In this document: piece after piece, positions 19,694 through 29,843 of the stretch | How positions within the stretch are numbered: the stretch's first letter is position 1 | How the letters are laid out: every line of letters begins with the position of its first letter | DNA from: Vulcanimicrobiota bacterium | GTDB taxonomy: Bacteria; Vulcanimicrobiota; Vulcanimicrobiia; Vulcanimicrobiales; Vulcanimicrobiaceae | Assembly: GCA_963820825.1 (NCBI GenBank) | Contig: CAWGBN010000002.1 | Location: 96,001-160,000, forward strand | Direction: 5' to 3' | DNA: 64,000 bases | Translations under genes and position numbers: made by a program | The notes under the pieces: model-generated | The model's database searches: none | Seen by the model: the letters and a program-made list of their open reading frames with translations, nothing else | Told to the model about the DNA's origin: nothing

Positions 19694-20569
19694 CTACGTT
19701 TGCAGCGGCGTCGCCTTCGGGTAACGCAGGACGATATAGAGAAAGAGCAGCGCGATCACCGGGAGCATGAAGTAGCTGGCTTCGGTGCCGAGCGGACCGC
19801 CGTTTGCCCACGCCGGCCCGGGAAACGAAACGTCGAGCAGATGTCCGACGGGCTGCGAGCCGCCGTTGCGCGTTCCGATGACGAAGAACTGCATGTAATC
19901 GAAGCTGAAGTGGAATCCCGCGGCGAGCCAGAGCGAACCCGTGCGTTGGAGGGTCAAGCAGCAAAAGATGCCGATCAGCACGATGTTGGTGATGTCGATG
20001 GCATTCTCGTCGGACTTGGTGAGATGGGCCGCGCCGAAAAGCAGCGAGAGCAGGATCGCCGCAGGCCAAAATCCCATGCCGCGCACGAGCGCCTGCAGCG
20101 GATAGCCGCGGAACATATACTCCTCGTTCAAGCCGACGAGCACCATCACGATCAGCCAGAGCAGCGTCTGGATGACGAGTTCGGAGCCGTGCAAGGCGAG
20201 GCCGCTCACGACCATGGCGCCCGAGCCGATCATGGCGACCCCGACGGCTCCCGCGCTCACCACGCCGATCCCGACGCCTTCCCAGAAGCGCCCGCGGAAT
20301 GCCAAACGCACCGGCAAGCCGTACGCGTCGATTCGCTTGCGCTCGAAGGCCGCAAGGACGCCCGTTGCGATCAGCACGGGAATCGCCTCGAGAATCTCGG
20401 CGACGAGCATCCCGTAAGCGGTGAGAGCCTCGGGAATCCGCAGCGCGCCCACGAGGCTCGGCACGACAAATGCCTGCGCTCCGAGGGTGACTCCGACGAG
20501 AATCACCGCGTAGGCGAGGAAACGCCATCCGGCACGGACGCCGTTTGGACCGATGAATATTGCGCGCAT
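19694..20569 (-). CDS. CPBP (CAAX/Abi) intramembrane glutamic/metalloprotease
   Basis: EEYMFRG, FGAAH and H-x3-D (HFSFD) motifs; AAGGGAG RBS. Confidence 0.9.
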   Translation of the reverse strand: MRAIFIGPNGVRAGWRFLAYAVILVGVTLGAQAFVVPSLVGALRIPEALTAYGMLVAEILEAIPVLIATGVLAAFERKRIDAYGLPVRLAFRGRFWEGVGIGVVSAGAVGVAMIGSGAMVVSGLALHGSELVIQTLLWLIVMVLVGLNEEYMFRGYPLQALVRGMGFWPAAILLSLLFGAAHLTKSDENAIDITNIVLIGIFCCLTLQRTGSLWLAAGFHFSFDYMQFFVIGTRNGGSQPVGHLLDVSFPGPAWANGGPLGTEASYFMLPVIALLFLYIVLRYPKATPLQT

Positions 20570-20577
20570 TGCTCCCT

Positions 20578-21489
20578 TTACCGCACAACCGCGCCCGCGG
20601 TTTCGAAGACGAGGCGGGCCGCGGCAACGTCTTCGATCGCTAGCCCGACCGACTTAAAGATCGTCGTAGCCGCGGGCGACGGCACCGGCGTGATGCCGGC
20701 AAAGATCTCGCCGGCCTCCGCGTAGATTCGTGCGCCCGAGAGAATCACGTCGCCGGCTTCCAGCGCGGCCGCCTCGCGCGAATCGACCACAACCACGTTG
20801 GCCATCGCCGCGTCGTCGAGCTCGCGCCAATCGGGCCGGGACGAGCCGACGGCATTGACGTGCGCGCCGGGCTTGAGCCAGGCGCCGCGCAGGATCGGTT
20901 CGTGCGCGCCCGTCGCCGTTACGACGACGTCTGCTCCGAGGACCGCACGCTCCACCGAATCGACGGCCATCACGTCCTGCTGCTCGCGAGCGAAACGCTC
21001 GGCGTTGGCGGCGGTGCGGCTCCAGACCCGGACCTCGGAGAACGTGCGAACTCGCGCGAGCGCGGCGAGATGGGCGCGCGCCTGCACGCCGCTTCCGAGC
21101 AGGGCAAGAACGCGTGCGTCGGGAGCCGCCAAATACTTCGTCACCGCGGCCGATACCGCGGCGGTGCGCATCTCGGTGATCAGACGCCCGTCCATCGCGG
21201 CGAGCGGCAGACCGTTCTCGGTGCGATAGAGCAGGATCGTCGCATTATGCGTCGGCAGCCCCGCGCCCGCATTCACGGGATAGAAGGTGACGTACTTTAA
21301 TCCCATGACGTTGCCGACGACCGCCGGCATCAGCCCCACGTAACGCCGCCCTTCTTCGATCGTGAGAATCGTGCGCACCGGGTGCATCGACTCTCCTCGC
21401 GAAAAGGCAATGAGCGCTCCTTCCATTGCCTCGATCAGCGCGTCCCAGTCGAGATGCCGGCGGACGGTCTCCTCGTCGAAGTATCTCAA
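20578..21489 (-). CDS. Ornithine cyclodeaminase / mu-crystallin family protein
   Basis: ITEMRTAAVS, GSGVQA and FKSVGLAIED motifs; TTG 21489 avoids overlap (alternative start 21564). Confidence 0.9.
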   Translation of the reverse strand: MRYFDEETVRRHLDWDALIEAMEGALIAFSRGESMHPVRTILTIEEGRRYVGLMPAVVGNVMGLKYVTFYPVNAGAGLPTHNATILLYRTENGLPLAAMDGRLITEMRTAAVSAAVTKYLAAPDARVLALLGSGVQARAHLAALARVRTFSEVRVWSRTAANAERFAREQQDVMAVDSVERAVLGADVVVTATGAHEPILRGAWLKPGAHVNAVGSSRPDWRELDDAAMANVVVVDSREAAALEAGDVILSGARIYAEAGEIFAGITPVPSPAATTIFKSVGLAIEDVAAARLVFETAGAVVR

Positions 21490-21508
21490 TTCGTACGGCG
21501 CTCGCGGC

Positions 21509-21781
21509 TTAGCTGCGCGCGAAGCGTAACCGGGAACGTTCTTTTGCCTTCGCCGCTTCGGCATCGCGATCGCGAGGCGGGGCGTGCGTGACGAGCGCCG
21601 CGAGCAGCTCGCGCGCCACGGCGGTGACGCGCTCCACCGCCTCTTCGAAGGCGGCTTCGTTCGCCTTCGACGGCCGGTTGAAGCCGCTGAGCTTTCGTAC
21701 GAACTGCAACGCCGAGGCGCGAACCTCTTCGTCGGTCGCGGGCGGAGAGAAGTTGTGGAGGGTCCGAATATTGCGGCACAT
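21509..21781 (-). CDS. DUF2277-like protein
   Basis: MCRNIRTLHNF.PPAT.EEVRASALQFVRKLSG signature. Confidence 0.85.
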   Translation of the reverse strand: MCRNIRTLHNFSPPATDEEVRASALQFVRKLSGFNRPSKANEAAFEEAVERVTAVARELLAALVTHAPPRDRDAEAAKAKERSRLRFARS

Positions 21782-21792
21782 TGAAGCGCTCG

Positions 21793-22086
21793 TTACGGGA
21801 AGGCCTTTGCGATACCGGCCTGCACGTCGTCGGGCGTCATGACGGGCGTCAGCACGCACTTCGCACCGAGTTCCGTGAAGAATGGTTCGCAGATCGACGG
21901 AATATCGCTGGGGTGCGCGAGATCGAAGACGATATACCCTCCGCGGTCGCCGTCGACCGTCGTGAAATAGGCCGCCTCGGGCTTCAGCCGCTCCATCGTC
22001 GACTGCATGACCTTCATCAGCCTGCCGTCTTTGATCGCCGCGTTCGAAGCGTCTACCCGAAACTGCACTTGAAGCATGGTTCTCAT
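21793..22086 (-). CDS. Small conserved hypothetical protein (DUF3303/GYD-like)
   Basis: KPEAAYF..DGDRGGYIVFD..SDIPSICEPFF; ATG 22086. Confidence 0.7.
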   Translation of the reverse strand: MRTMLQVQFRVDASNAAIKDGRLMKVMQSTMERLKPEAAYFTTVDGDRGGYIVFDLAHPSDIPSICEPFFTELGAKCVLTPVMTPDDVQAGIAKAFP

Positions 22087-22175
22087 TGCAATACTACTTT
22101 CTGACGAGCGAAGATGTGTAGCGCAGAGAGGCGGTCTAAAGCGTCCGCCTCGCTCGCGTTCGATGACCGAACGAA

Positions 22176-23384
22176 CTAGAAGGCTTTGATGCCGTTTGGC
22201 GTCCCCCAGCCGGCCGGACCGGAATAGGTATGGAACTGTTTCGTGCCGGCTTGACAGAGATAGGAACCGCCGCACGCACCGTCGTTGCCGGTGCTGATAT
22301 AATGGAGCGCCTTGCCGCGTTTGCGTTTCTTCAGCGACCAGATCTTCTTCGCCGCGTCTTGGTGGGAGGCGTTTCCAGCCAGTGCGTAGACCGCGGCGAT
22401 CATCGGCGTCGCGACGCTCGTGCCGCCGACGGTAAACCAGCCGCTGTAGCCGTAGGTGTCGTACTCGGCGACCTGCCACGCGATCGCCGAAACGTCACCC
22501 TCCGTGCGCGCCGTGCAGTTGGGATCGTGCTGCCACGCCGGCTTGGTAACGCCGGTGGCGCAGCCCGCGCCCGCGCCGTCCCAGACGCTCTCGCTATAGG
22601 TCGAGCCGCTCTTCGAGAGCACGGTGCCTCCGACCGAGATCACGCTCGCGAGGGCCGCCGGTGCACCGATGTTGGCGTAGCCCGCGTCGCCGGTTCCGGC
22701 GGTATAAAGGACTCCGGGTTGATCGAAATCCGACTGGTCGACGCAGTCGTACGAACCGTAGCAGATCCAGCTATTGCTCACGATGTGCGCCCCAAGCGTG
22801 ACCGCTTCGGCTTCGGCCGTTTGGAGGTCGGCGTTATCGGAGCTATTCGCCTCGACGAGGTAGATCTTGCAGAGCGGACAGGTCGCCGAGACCATCTGCA
22901 CGTCGAGATCGATCTCGATGCCCCAGCCGGTGCTCCCGCGCGGATAGTTCTTGGTTTGACCGAGTTGATTGTATTTCGTAAAGTTCGCCGTTCCGAGCCC
23001 AAACTGCGTACGGTAGGCGGCGAGATCCGAGGCGACGTTGGGATTGTCGTACGCATCGACGATGGCGACGATCTGACCCTTACCGTTCGTCGAAGACGGC
23101 AGGTTGTATCGCGTCTGGAAATCGCTCGGCGCCCAGCCGGCGACGTCGGGGCTGATGCCGCTCTTCGATTCGATCAGCGCCAAGCACGTCGGCTTCTTCG
23201 CGACCTGCGGACAGGCGGGCTTGGCTAAGCCCTTTGCCTGCCACTGCGGCATTGCCGAACGGGACGATGCCGCCGGCGCCGCTTGGCCGGGCGCTCCCGG
23301 CACGTTGGAAGAGCCGCCGGCACTACACGCCGCGACCGCCAGCGCCGCAACCAGCGGCGCCAAGAGTTTCACGGATCCGTTCAC
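22176..23384 (-). CDS. S53/S8 (sedolisin/subtilisin-like) serine peptidase lipoprotein
   Basis: AAAGGGAG RBS, GTG 23384; lipobox VAAC; EIDLD, GDAG and GGTSVATP motifs. Confidence 0.85.
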   Translation of the reverse strand: MNGSVKLLAPLVAALAVAACSAGGSSNVPGAPGQAAPAASSRSAMPQWQAKGLAKPACPQVAKKPTCLALIESKSGISPDVAGWAPSDFQTRYNLPSSTNGKGQIVAIVDAYDNPNVASDLAAYRTQFGLGTANFTKYNQLGQTKNYPRGSTGWGIEIDLDVQMVSATCPLCKIYLVEANSSDNADLQTAEAEAVTLGAHIVSNSWICYGSYDCVDQSDFDQPGVLYTAGTGDAGYANIGAPAALASVISVGGTVLSKSGSTYSESVWDGAGAGCATGVTKPAWQHDPNCTARTEGDVSAIAWQVAEYDTYGYSGWFTVGGTSVATPMIAAVYALAGNASHQDAAKKIWSLKKRKRGKALHYISTGNDGACGGSYLCQAGTKQFHTYSGPAGWGTPNGIKAF

Positions 23385-23471
23385 GAAAGCTCCCTTTCTC
23401 CTCAGAAGGTCTGGGGAGCCGGAAATTACGTTCGACAGGCGCCAACTCCTCGACACGCCAACAAAACGCGC

Positions 23472-23942
23472 ATGAACGCCAGCCGCATCCTCGCCTGTGC
23501 GAGCATCGCACTTCTCCTAACGTGCCCGCCGTGGCCGGCGACCGCCTCACAAGAATCCGCGGTGATGGGAACCGTCAATCAATTCATCGATGGCTTCAAC
23601 CGAGGGGACGAGAAGACGGAACTCGCGACCTGCGCGGCCGAAGCCTCGGTCATCGACGACTTCCCGCCGCACGAATGGCAAGGAGCGACCGCCTGCGCCG
23701 ACTGGGCTGCGGCGTTTGCGGCCGAAGCGCAGAGAGACGGCATCACCGAGAGCGTGGTCACGCTGGGCCGGCCATGGTATATCTCGGTTACCGGGGATCG
23801 CGCCTACGTCGTGCTGCCGGCGACGTACGCGTATAAAGACCGCGGCAAACCGGTGACGGAGCGTAACGCGGTCTTTACCGTGGCGTTGCGTAAATCGTCG
23901 GCGGGCTGGCGCATCACCGGCTGGGCGTGGTCACACCACTAA
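23472..23942 (+). CDS. Secreted NTF2/SnoaL-like protein
   Basis: Signal peptide; QFIDGFNRGD and GWRITGWAW. Confidence 0.75.
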   Translation: MNASRILACASIALLLTCPPWPATASQESAVMGTVNQFIDGFNRGDEKTELATCAAEASVIDDFPPHEWQGATACADWAAAFAAEAQRDGITESVVTLGRPWYISVTGDRAYVVLPATYAYKDRGKPVTERNAVFTVALRKSSAGWRITGWAWSHH

Positions 23943-25480
23943 AGGAGGACGACCGTCTTGCCGCGTTCGGCTACCGGCAAGAGCTTTCGCGGGTCCTTTC
24001 GCTCTTCGACAATTTCTCGGTAGCGTTCAGTTATCTGAGCCCCATGGTGGGCATCTACTCGCTCTACACGCTCGGACTCGGCACCGGCGGTCCGCGATAT
24101 ATCTGGACGATCCCGGTGGTCGTGGGGCTCATGATGCTGGTGGCGCTCGTCTTCGGCGAGCTCGCGAGCGAATATCCGCTCTCCGGCGCGCTCTATCAAT
24201 ACGGCAAGTATAGCGTCGGACCGCGATACGGCTGGTTTATCGGGTGGATCTACGGCTTCGCGCTGCTCGCCACCGTCGCTTCGGTCGACTCCGGCGCCGT
24301 GGGCTACGTGACGGCGCTTGCCAACGCCTGGTTTAAGACGCGTTGGGACCCCGCGAAGCATCTGACGATCTTCGCAATCGCTGGAGCGATCATCGTGCTA
24401 TCGGCGATTCTGAACTGGATCGGCGCGAAGATTCTCGGGCGCGTCGCGCGCTTCGGCGTCTACGTTGAGACCATCGGTACGTTCGGGGTCTTTATCGCAC
24501 TGGCGATTTACGGCTTCCACCAGCACTTCGGCTTCGTCTTCACGACGCAGAGCGTCGAGCATCTTAAGAGCAATCCGCTCGGCCTGAACTTCGGCGGCGA
24601 TTGGTGGCTGGGGGCCGCGCTCGTCGCGATCCTCGCCAACGTCTACATTTTCTACGGCTTCGAGTCCGCCGGCGATATCTCGGAGGAGACGCTCGAGGCG
24701 CAGCGGCAGGTTCCCAAGGCAATGCGCAGCGCACTGCTCTACGGCGGCATCGCCTCGTTCGTTCTCGTGCTGGGCCTGCTGCTCGCGACGCCCGCGGCCG
24801 GCATCGGACCGGTCGTTTCCGGCGGCATCAACACCGTGCTCGCAGCGTTACCGAACTGGCTGCAGGTATTCTTTCTGATCATGGTCATCGTCGCATTCTT
24901 CAGTTGCGGCACCGCCGTGCAGGGCGCAGGGGCGCGCGTTGCGTTCGCACTCGCTCGCGACGGCGCCTTGCCGTTCAGCAAGAAGATCGAAGCGATCTCG
25001 CCGCGGCATCACACGCCGGCCAACGCGATTCTCGTGGGAACCGTCGTCCCATTCCTCTTCTTGCTGCTCGTTCTGATCAATCCGAGCAAACCGGTGCACC
25101 TGCTCTGGTTCGATTACCCGGCGAACGTCAACGCGCTCTACGCGCTGGTCTCGTTCGCGACGTCCGGAATCTACCTCGCCTTTCTGCTGACGGTCGCGGG
25201 CGCGCTCGTGGCGCGGCTGCGCGGCTGGAAGCCGAGCGGCGTCTTTCGCTTGGGCCGATGGGGACTGCCGGTTACCATCGGCGGAGCGCTCTATCTGCTG
25301 CTGATGCTGATCGACATCGTCTGGCCGAGCTCGCTCTCGAGCGGCCGGGCCGTCTTCAACTACGGCTGGGTAACGTTGCTGGTCATGGCGCTCATCGTCG
25401 GCATCGGCGCGATCTACGAAGCGGTCGCGCGCCCAGATCGGAGAATTCGAAACGCCGTGTCCCCGCGCAAGAACGGGTGA
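23927..25480 (+). CDS. APC-family amino acid permease
   Basis: GYRQELSR, ELASEYPLSGALY and GFESAGDISEET motifs; about 12 TM. Confidence 0.9.
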   Translation: MVTPLKEDDRLAAFGYRQELSRVLSLFDNFSVAFSYLSPMVGIYSLYTLGLGTGGPRYIWTIPVVVGLMMLVALVFGELASEYPLSGALYQYGKYSVGPRYGWFIGWIYGFALLATVASVDSGAVGYVTALANAWFKTRWDPAKHLTIFAIAGAIIVLSAILNWIGAKILGRVARFGVYVETIGTFGVFIALAIYGFHQHFGFVFTTQSVEHLKSNPLGLNFGGDWWLGAALVAILANVYIFYGFESAGDISEETLEAQRQVPKAMRSALLYGGIASFVLVLGLLLATPAAGIGPVVSGGINTVLAALPNWLQVFFLIMVIVAFFSCGTAVQGAGARVAFALARDGALPFSKKIEAISPRHHTPANAILVGTVVPFLFLLLVLINPSKPVHLLWFDYPANVNALYALVSFATSGIYLAFLLTVAGALVARLRGWKPSGVFRLGRWGLPVTIGGALYLLLMLIDIVWPSSLSSGRAVFNYGWVTLLVMALIVGIGAIYEAVARPDRRIRNAVSPRKNG

Positions 25481-25513
25481 CACGGCGCGCCGATTAGGAG
25501 GGTCGAGCTTCGC

Positions 25514-26065
25514 TTAGCCCGACTTCTTGCAGGAGATCGTTAGGTTCGTCGTCTTGCCTTGCGCGTCGGTCGCGGTTTGAGCGTCGCTCGTCTCGGTATC
25601 GCTCGCCTTCGTTATGACGTCGGTCGCACTGCTGCCGTCGAGATTTTTGGTCGTCCAGGTCATCGTGTTTCCCTGCCAGCCGGGTGACGTCGAGGTCGAG
25701 TACCCGCCGCTGTTATCGACGCTGATCTGAACCCACTGCTTCGTGGTTGCATCGTAGCCGGTGTACGTCGTCGTGTTGATCGTCACCGTGCGGTATTGAT
25801 CGAACGGCGGTGCGGCATCTTGGGTGACCATCCACATGTCGTCCAGTCCCATGGTCGTCGTGCTGGTGTCGGGACGCGTCTTGCCGCGCAGCATCTGCGT
25901 GCAGGTCCAGGTTCCCATCAAGAACATCATCGGCGAAAAGTCGGGCTTCATCATCGGCACCATTGTCGGGGCCGGTGCCGGTTGCGCCGCGGAGACGACC
26001 GGCGAAGCCGCGAGACCTAGGACCAGCGCGACTGCCGCGAGCGTCAATAAAGCGGAGTGCTTCAT
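25514..26065 (-). CDS. Secreted hypothetical protein (GTWxC family)
   Basis: Signal peptide; FLMGTWTC and a Cys near the C-terminus; AAAGG before ATG 26065 (alternative 26080). Confidence 0.7.
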   Translation of the reverse strand: MKHSALLTLAAVALVLGLAASPVVSAAQPAPAPTMVPMMKPDFSPMMFLMGTWTCTQMLRGKTRPDTSTTTMGLDDMWMVTQDAAPPFDQYRTVTINTTTYTGYDATTKQWVQISVDNSGGYSTSTSPGWQGNTMTWTTKNLDGSSATDVITKASDTETSDAQTATDAQGKTTNLTISCKKSG

Positions 26066-26141
26066 GCTTATGCCTTTCATTTATTAGCGTTTAGGGCTGC
26101 CGCATTCGGCGGGAGACGAGTAGCTCCTCGCTTGCTAGCTG

Positions 26142-27431
26142 CTATTGCTTGAGCTCGAAGACCGTGCCTTGCGAGCGCGATCCTCCGCCCGGCGTCGTCC
26201 CATAGAGCGTTCGTCCGGTGACGATCGGCCCGGCTTGCGGCTGCGCGCCGTCGGGCCTTCCGGCAAAATCGTGAACGACGAGCTCCGATCCCGCCGGTCG
26301 AATGCTGAAGATCGTACCGGCGTTCGAGGTTCCTCCGTCGCGAGTCGTTCCAAAGAGCACGTTGCCGATATGAGCGAGCCGCGCAAACGGATGCGATCCG
26401 TCGGTGCTCGTTCCGCAACAACTAAACGCGTGCAGCACGTGCTCGGTACCCGATGAAGGATCGACTTCGAAGACCGTGCCGTCGCCAAAACGGCCGCCCC
26501 CCATCGTCGTGCCGTAGAGAGTTCCGCTCAGATTGGTGACGCCGGCGGCGGGATAGGCGCCATCGACGGATCTCGGTCCGTACGCAAAGCGGTGCAGCAC
26601 CCGCTCCGTTCCATCCGTCTTCAACGCAAAGAGCGTGCCGCAACCGGTCGCGCAGAGCGGTGTCGTCGCGCCGCCGTACTGCGTCGTGCCGTAGAGCATC
26701 GCTTTTTCGGCGATCAGCCGCGCGGCAGGATACGCGCCGTCCTTGCCGCCGGTGAAGCGATAGAGAACGTGCTCCGTTCCGCTTGCGCTCGCGCGAAAAA
26801 CGGTTCCGCAACCGTGCGAGCAGCGCCGGCTCGTCGTACCGCCGAGCCGCGTCGTGCCGTAGATCGTCGTACCGAGCGCGATCAAACCGGCGGCGGGGAG
26901 CGCACCATCCGTTCCCCCTTCGAAACGATAGATGGTCTTCTCCGGCTTACCGCCCGTGCCGAGCTCGAAGATGGTGCCGCAACCGCCGGCACAGGCGCTC
27001 GCACCGCCGCCGCTCGTCGTGCCCACGAGCATTCCGTTGACGACGACCAGCTCTCCGAGCGGTTGCGCGCCATCGGTGCCGCCCTTGAAGCGATAGAGAA
27101 CGCGTTCGCGCCCCGATACGCTCACGGCAAAGACGCTGCCGCAGCCGAGATCGCAATGCGCGTTGGTGATTCCGCCGTATTGCGTGGTGCCGTAGAAACG
27201 GTTCCCGTTGGCCACGAGTGCCGCGACGGGATGGTTGCCGTCACCAAACTTCCCGTTCCGGCCGAAACTATAGATCGATCGATATCCGCCCGACGCGAGT
27301 GCGGCCGGGGCCGGCAGCGGAACCGGCGCGCTCGCGCCTTGGTAGACGGCGCAACTCGCGGTAAACGAAACGAGCAGGGGCGCAAGCGCGGCGCGCGCTT
27401 TAATCGTTCGGTTCCGTTGCCCGCTGGCCAA
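26142..27431 (-). CDS. GloVer-type tandem-repeat (beta-propeller) lipoprotein
   Basis: About seven repeats of E.VLYRF.GG.DGA.P.A.L....G.LYGTT..GG...CGTVF; start uncertain. Confidence 0.85.
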   Translation of the reverse strand: MASGQRNRTIKARAALAPLLVSFTASCAVYQGASAPVPLPAPAALASGGYRSIYSFGRNGKFGDGNHPVAALVANGNRFYGTTQYGGITNAHCDLGCGSVFAVSVSGRERVLYRFKGGTDGAQPLGELVVVNGMLVGTTSGGGASACAGGCGTIFELGTGGKPEKTIYRFEGGTDGALPAAGLIALGTTIYGTTRLGGTTSRRCSHGCGTVFRASASGTEHVLYRFTGGKDGAYPAARLIAEKAMLYGTTQYGGATTPLCATGCGTLFALKTDGTERVLHRFAYGPRSVDGAYPAAGVTNLSGTLYGTTMGGGRFGDGTVFEVDPSSGTEHVLHAFSCCGTSTDGSHPFARLAHIGNVLFGTTRDGGTSNAGTIFSIRPAGSELVVHDFAGRPDGAQPQAGPIVTGRTLYGTTPGGGSRSQGTVFELKQ

Positions 27432-28731
27432 AGAAATAACTCGGCGGATAGGGTGCGGGAATGCGCTTGAATTTCGACGGCGGTTTCGAGAAGTCGAAGC
27501 AGTCGAAGAGATCGTCGGAGCGTTCGTCGGTCGTACGCATTGACGGCAGCCCGAAGATCTTCTCCGTAAACTTCAAGATGCTGCCGAACTCGTGTTGGTC
27601 GTGCGAGATGTAGTGATTCTTTGCATAGGGCGAGATGATGATGAGCGGCACGCGAAAACTCAGCTCGTACGAGTTATAGAGCTTCGGTGCAACGTGGTCG
27701 TACCAGCCGCCCCAATCGTCCCAGGTCACGAAGATCGCCGTTGAATCCCAATACTGACTCTCGCCGATCGCGTTGACGACGGCAGCAACCCAGGAGGGTC
27801 CGGTCCCGTCGTTCGATTGCGCGTGATCCGAGGCCAGCGCCGTCGGAGTCACCCAGACGACGTCGGCGAGCTTGCCGCCGGCCACGTCTTTGAGCACTTG
27901 CGACGGCGGATTGACGACGTTTTTCGAGTAGCCGCGGCTGGTGCGAACGTGCAAGACCGCGTCGGGGCCGTTCCATAGACCCGGCCCGGGCACCGCTTGG
28001 TAGTAGCGCCACGTCAATCCCTTCCGTTGCAGCAGCTCCATGAGCGAGATCCGCTCGTAGCACGGGAACGACTTTCGGTTCTCCACCCCGGCCGCATCGA
28101 TTAACGAGACGAGTGACCCCGGCGGCGAGTCGCAGCCGCCGGCAGCGTTTCCGATGGGATGATAGGGATTCTCCGCGGCACGCAGCGACGATCCGGCGGT
28201 AACGGCCGAGGTTCCGCTCACCAGATACTGATGCGCGGGGAAACTCGGACCCTGATTCGATTGAAACATGCGATCGCCGAACGCATACTGCATCGCCATC
28301 GCGAAGTATGGTTTTATCTCGTCGTGCGGGACGTAACCGTACGCGCGTACTTCTTTTGGAATGCAGACGGTCGCGCCCAAGCAGTTGGAGTTCTCGTGGT
28401 TGAAGCCGTTGAGCTTACCGTTCGCGTGCTCGGTCTCGAAGCCGGCGTGCGAATGATCGAGGTCGTACGGGGCGGTCAGTGAGACCGGCTGCAGGCGGAC
28501 GCGCCGGCCGCTCGAGTTCAGCCCGCTGCGCACGGTATCGGCGCCGGGGAATCCGTTGAAGAGCTCGTCGGTCGAACGATTCTCTTGGATGACGATGACG
28601 ACGTGCTTGATCTTCGCAGCCGCCTGGGTGCGGGAATCGGGGAGCGTGAGGACGGAACCGTTGGAGCCGTTTTGCGCGCATCCGGAGGCGGCAACGAGAA
28701 GGGCCAGGAGGGCGCAGCGCGAGCTCCGCAT
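27400..28731 (-). CDS. Phosphoesterase / phospholipase C family lipoprotein
   Basis: KIKHVVIVIQENRS, GPSFPAHQY and WDDWGGWYDHV; lipobox ASGC. Confidence 0.9.
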   Translation of the reverse strand: MRSSRCALLALLVAASGCAQNGSNGSVLTLPDSRTQAAAKIKHVVIVIQENRSTDELFNGFPGADTVRSGLNSSGRRVRLQPVSLTAPYDLDHSHAGFETEHANGKLNGFNHENSNCLGATVCIPKEVRAYGYVPHDEIKPYFAMAMQYAFGDRMFQSNQGPSFPAHQYLVSGTSAVTAGSSLRAAENPYHPIGNAAGGCDSPPGSLVSLIDAAGVENRKSFPCYERISLMELLQRKGLTWRYYQAVPGPGLWNGPDAVLHVRTSRGYSKNVVNPPSQVLKDVAGGKLADVVWVTPTALASDHAQSNDGTGPSWVAAVVNAIGESQYWDSTAIFVTWDDWGGWYDHVAPKLYNSYELSFRVPLIIISPYAKNHYISHDQHEFGSILKFTEKIFGLPSMRTTDERSDDLFDCFDFSKPPSKFKRIPAPYPPSYFFGQRATEPND

Positions 28732-28737
28732 CGCGCG

Positions 28738-29766
28738 TTAGGGAGCGATACCGATTGCCACCGGGCCGTCGAGGCCTTTGCTGAGCGAGCGCATCGGCTT
28801 GCTTCCCGTTGCGGAGTAGACGGATACCGAACTCGGACAGGAGTTGGCGACGTAGAGCAGCCCCGACGAACTGCGTGCCATCGTGGTCGGACAGGCGACG
28901 CCCGATGAGATCACGCGTTCGAGCAGGAGCGTCTGCTCCGAATAGATCGAGACCGAATTGTTTCCGTAGTTCAAGACGTAGAGCTCGCCCGAAGACGTCG
29001 AGATTAACGTCACCGGCTGGCGGACGCCTTTGGTGATCGTATGCGGCGAATCTTTATGTCCCGGATGATAGACGGTCACCGAATCGTTGCCGCGGTTCGC
29101 GACGTAGAGATTTCCGTCAGAGTCGAAGGCCAGACCGTCGGGATGAGCGATGCCGATCTTGAACGTCGTCATCGGCCCCATTTTGCCCGGAGCGTAGACG
29201 GTCACGGTGTTGTTCGACCAGTTCGCGACGTAAAGATTGCCGGCAGAGTTGAAGAGCAGAGCTTCCGGCGCGCGAATCCCTTTGGTGATCGTTTGCTGCG
29301 GCGAATCCGAGGCGTGCCCGTAGATCGTGACGTCGCTCTTGCCGTAGTTGGCAACGTAGAGCTTGCCCGAGGCGCCGAACGCGAACGCATAGGGTCCGAC
29401 GATTCCTTGCGTTATCGTGCGATGCGGTTGCCCGCCGGTCGGACCGTAGACCACCACGTCGCTCAGGATGCTGCCGCTCGGACTACCGTAGTTGCCTACG
29501 TAGACGCTGCCGGAGTGATTGACCACCAGCGCGTTGGGATAGGAGATGCCGTTGGTAATGGTTCGGAGCTTCGACTTCCCACCGGCCGAGTAGACCGCAA
29601 CGGTGCTGTTGTACCAGTTCGCGACGAAGACGTTACCGGCAGCCGACGGAACGACGGTGCCGAAAGCACGATTCGCGTCGGGAGCGCCCGATGGGATTGC
29701 CGTTTCCCGACCGGCAGAGCAAGCGGTGAAGGTCAGCGCGACCAAAGCGAGCAGCAGTCGATTCAC
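28738..29766 (-). CDS. NHL-repeat lipoprotein
   Basis: GTG 29766; lipobox FTAC; TITKGI..P.AL.F...GNLYVAN repeats. Confidence 0.85.
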   Translation of the reverse strand: MNRLLLALVALTFTACSAGRETAIPSGAPDANRAFGTVVPSAAGNVFVANWYNSTVAVYSAGGKSKLRTITNGISYPNALVVNHSGSVYVGNYGSPSGSILSDVVVYGPTGGQPHRTITQGIVGPYAFAFGASGKLYVANYGKSDVTIYGHASDSPQQTITKGIRAPEALLFNSAGNLYVANWSNNTVTVYAPGKMGPMTTFKIGIAHPDGLAFDSDGNLYVANRGNDSVTVYHPGHKDSPHTITKGVRQPVTLISTSSGELYVLNYGNNSVSIYSEQTLLLERVISSGVACPTTMARSSSGLLYVANSCPSSVSVYSATGSKPMRSLSKGLDGPVAIGIAP

Positions 29767-29843
29767 GGCAGACCAGCTTCGAGTGCGCGAAGGGGAAGCC
29801 TGCCGTCGTAAGGGCAATCCCACGGAGTGCCGGGAGGTTTGCG

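Noticed and set aside
19076..20725. Long antisense ORFs (also 39653-41050, 51558-52811, 35869-37185, 11581-12750)
   Set aside because: Shadow frames opposite well-supported genes, expected in high-GC DNA, with no recognisable motifs
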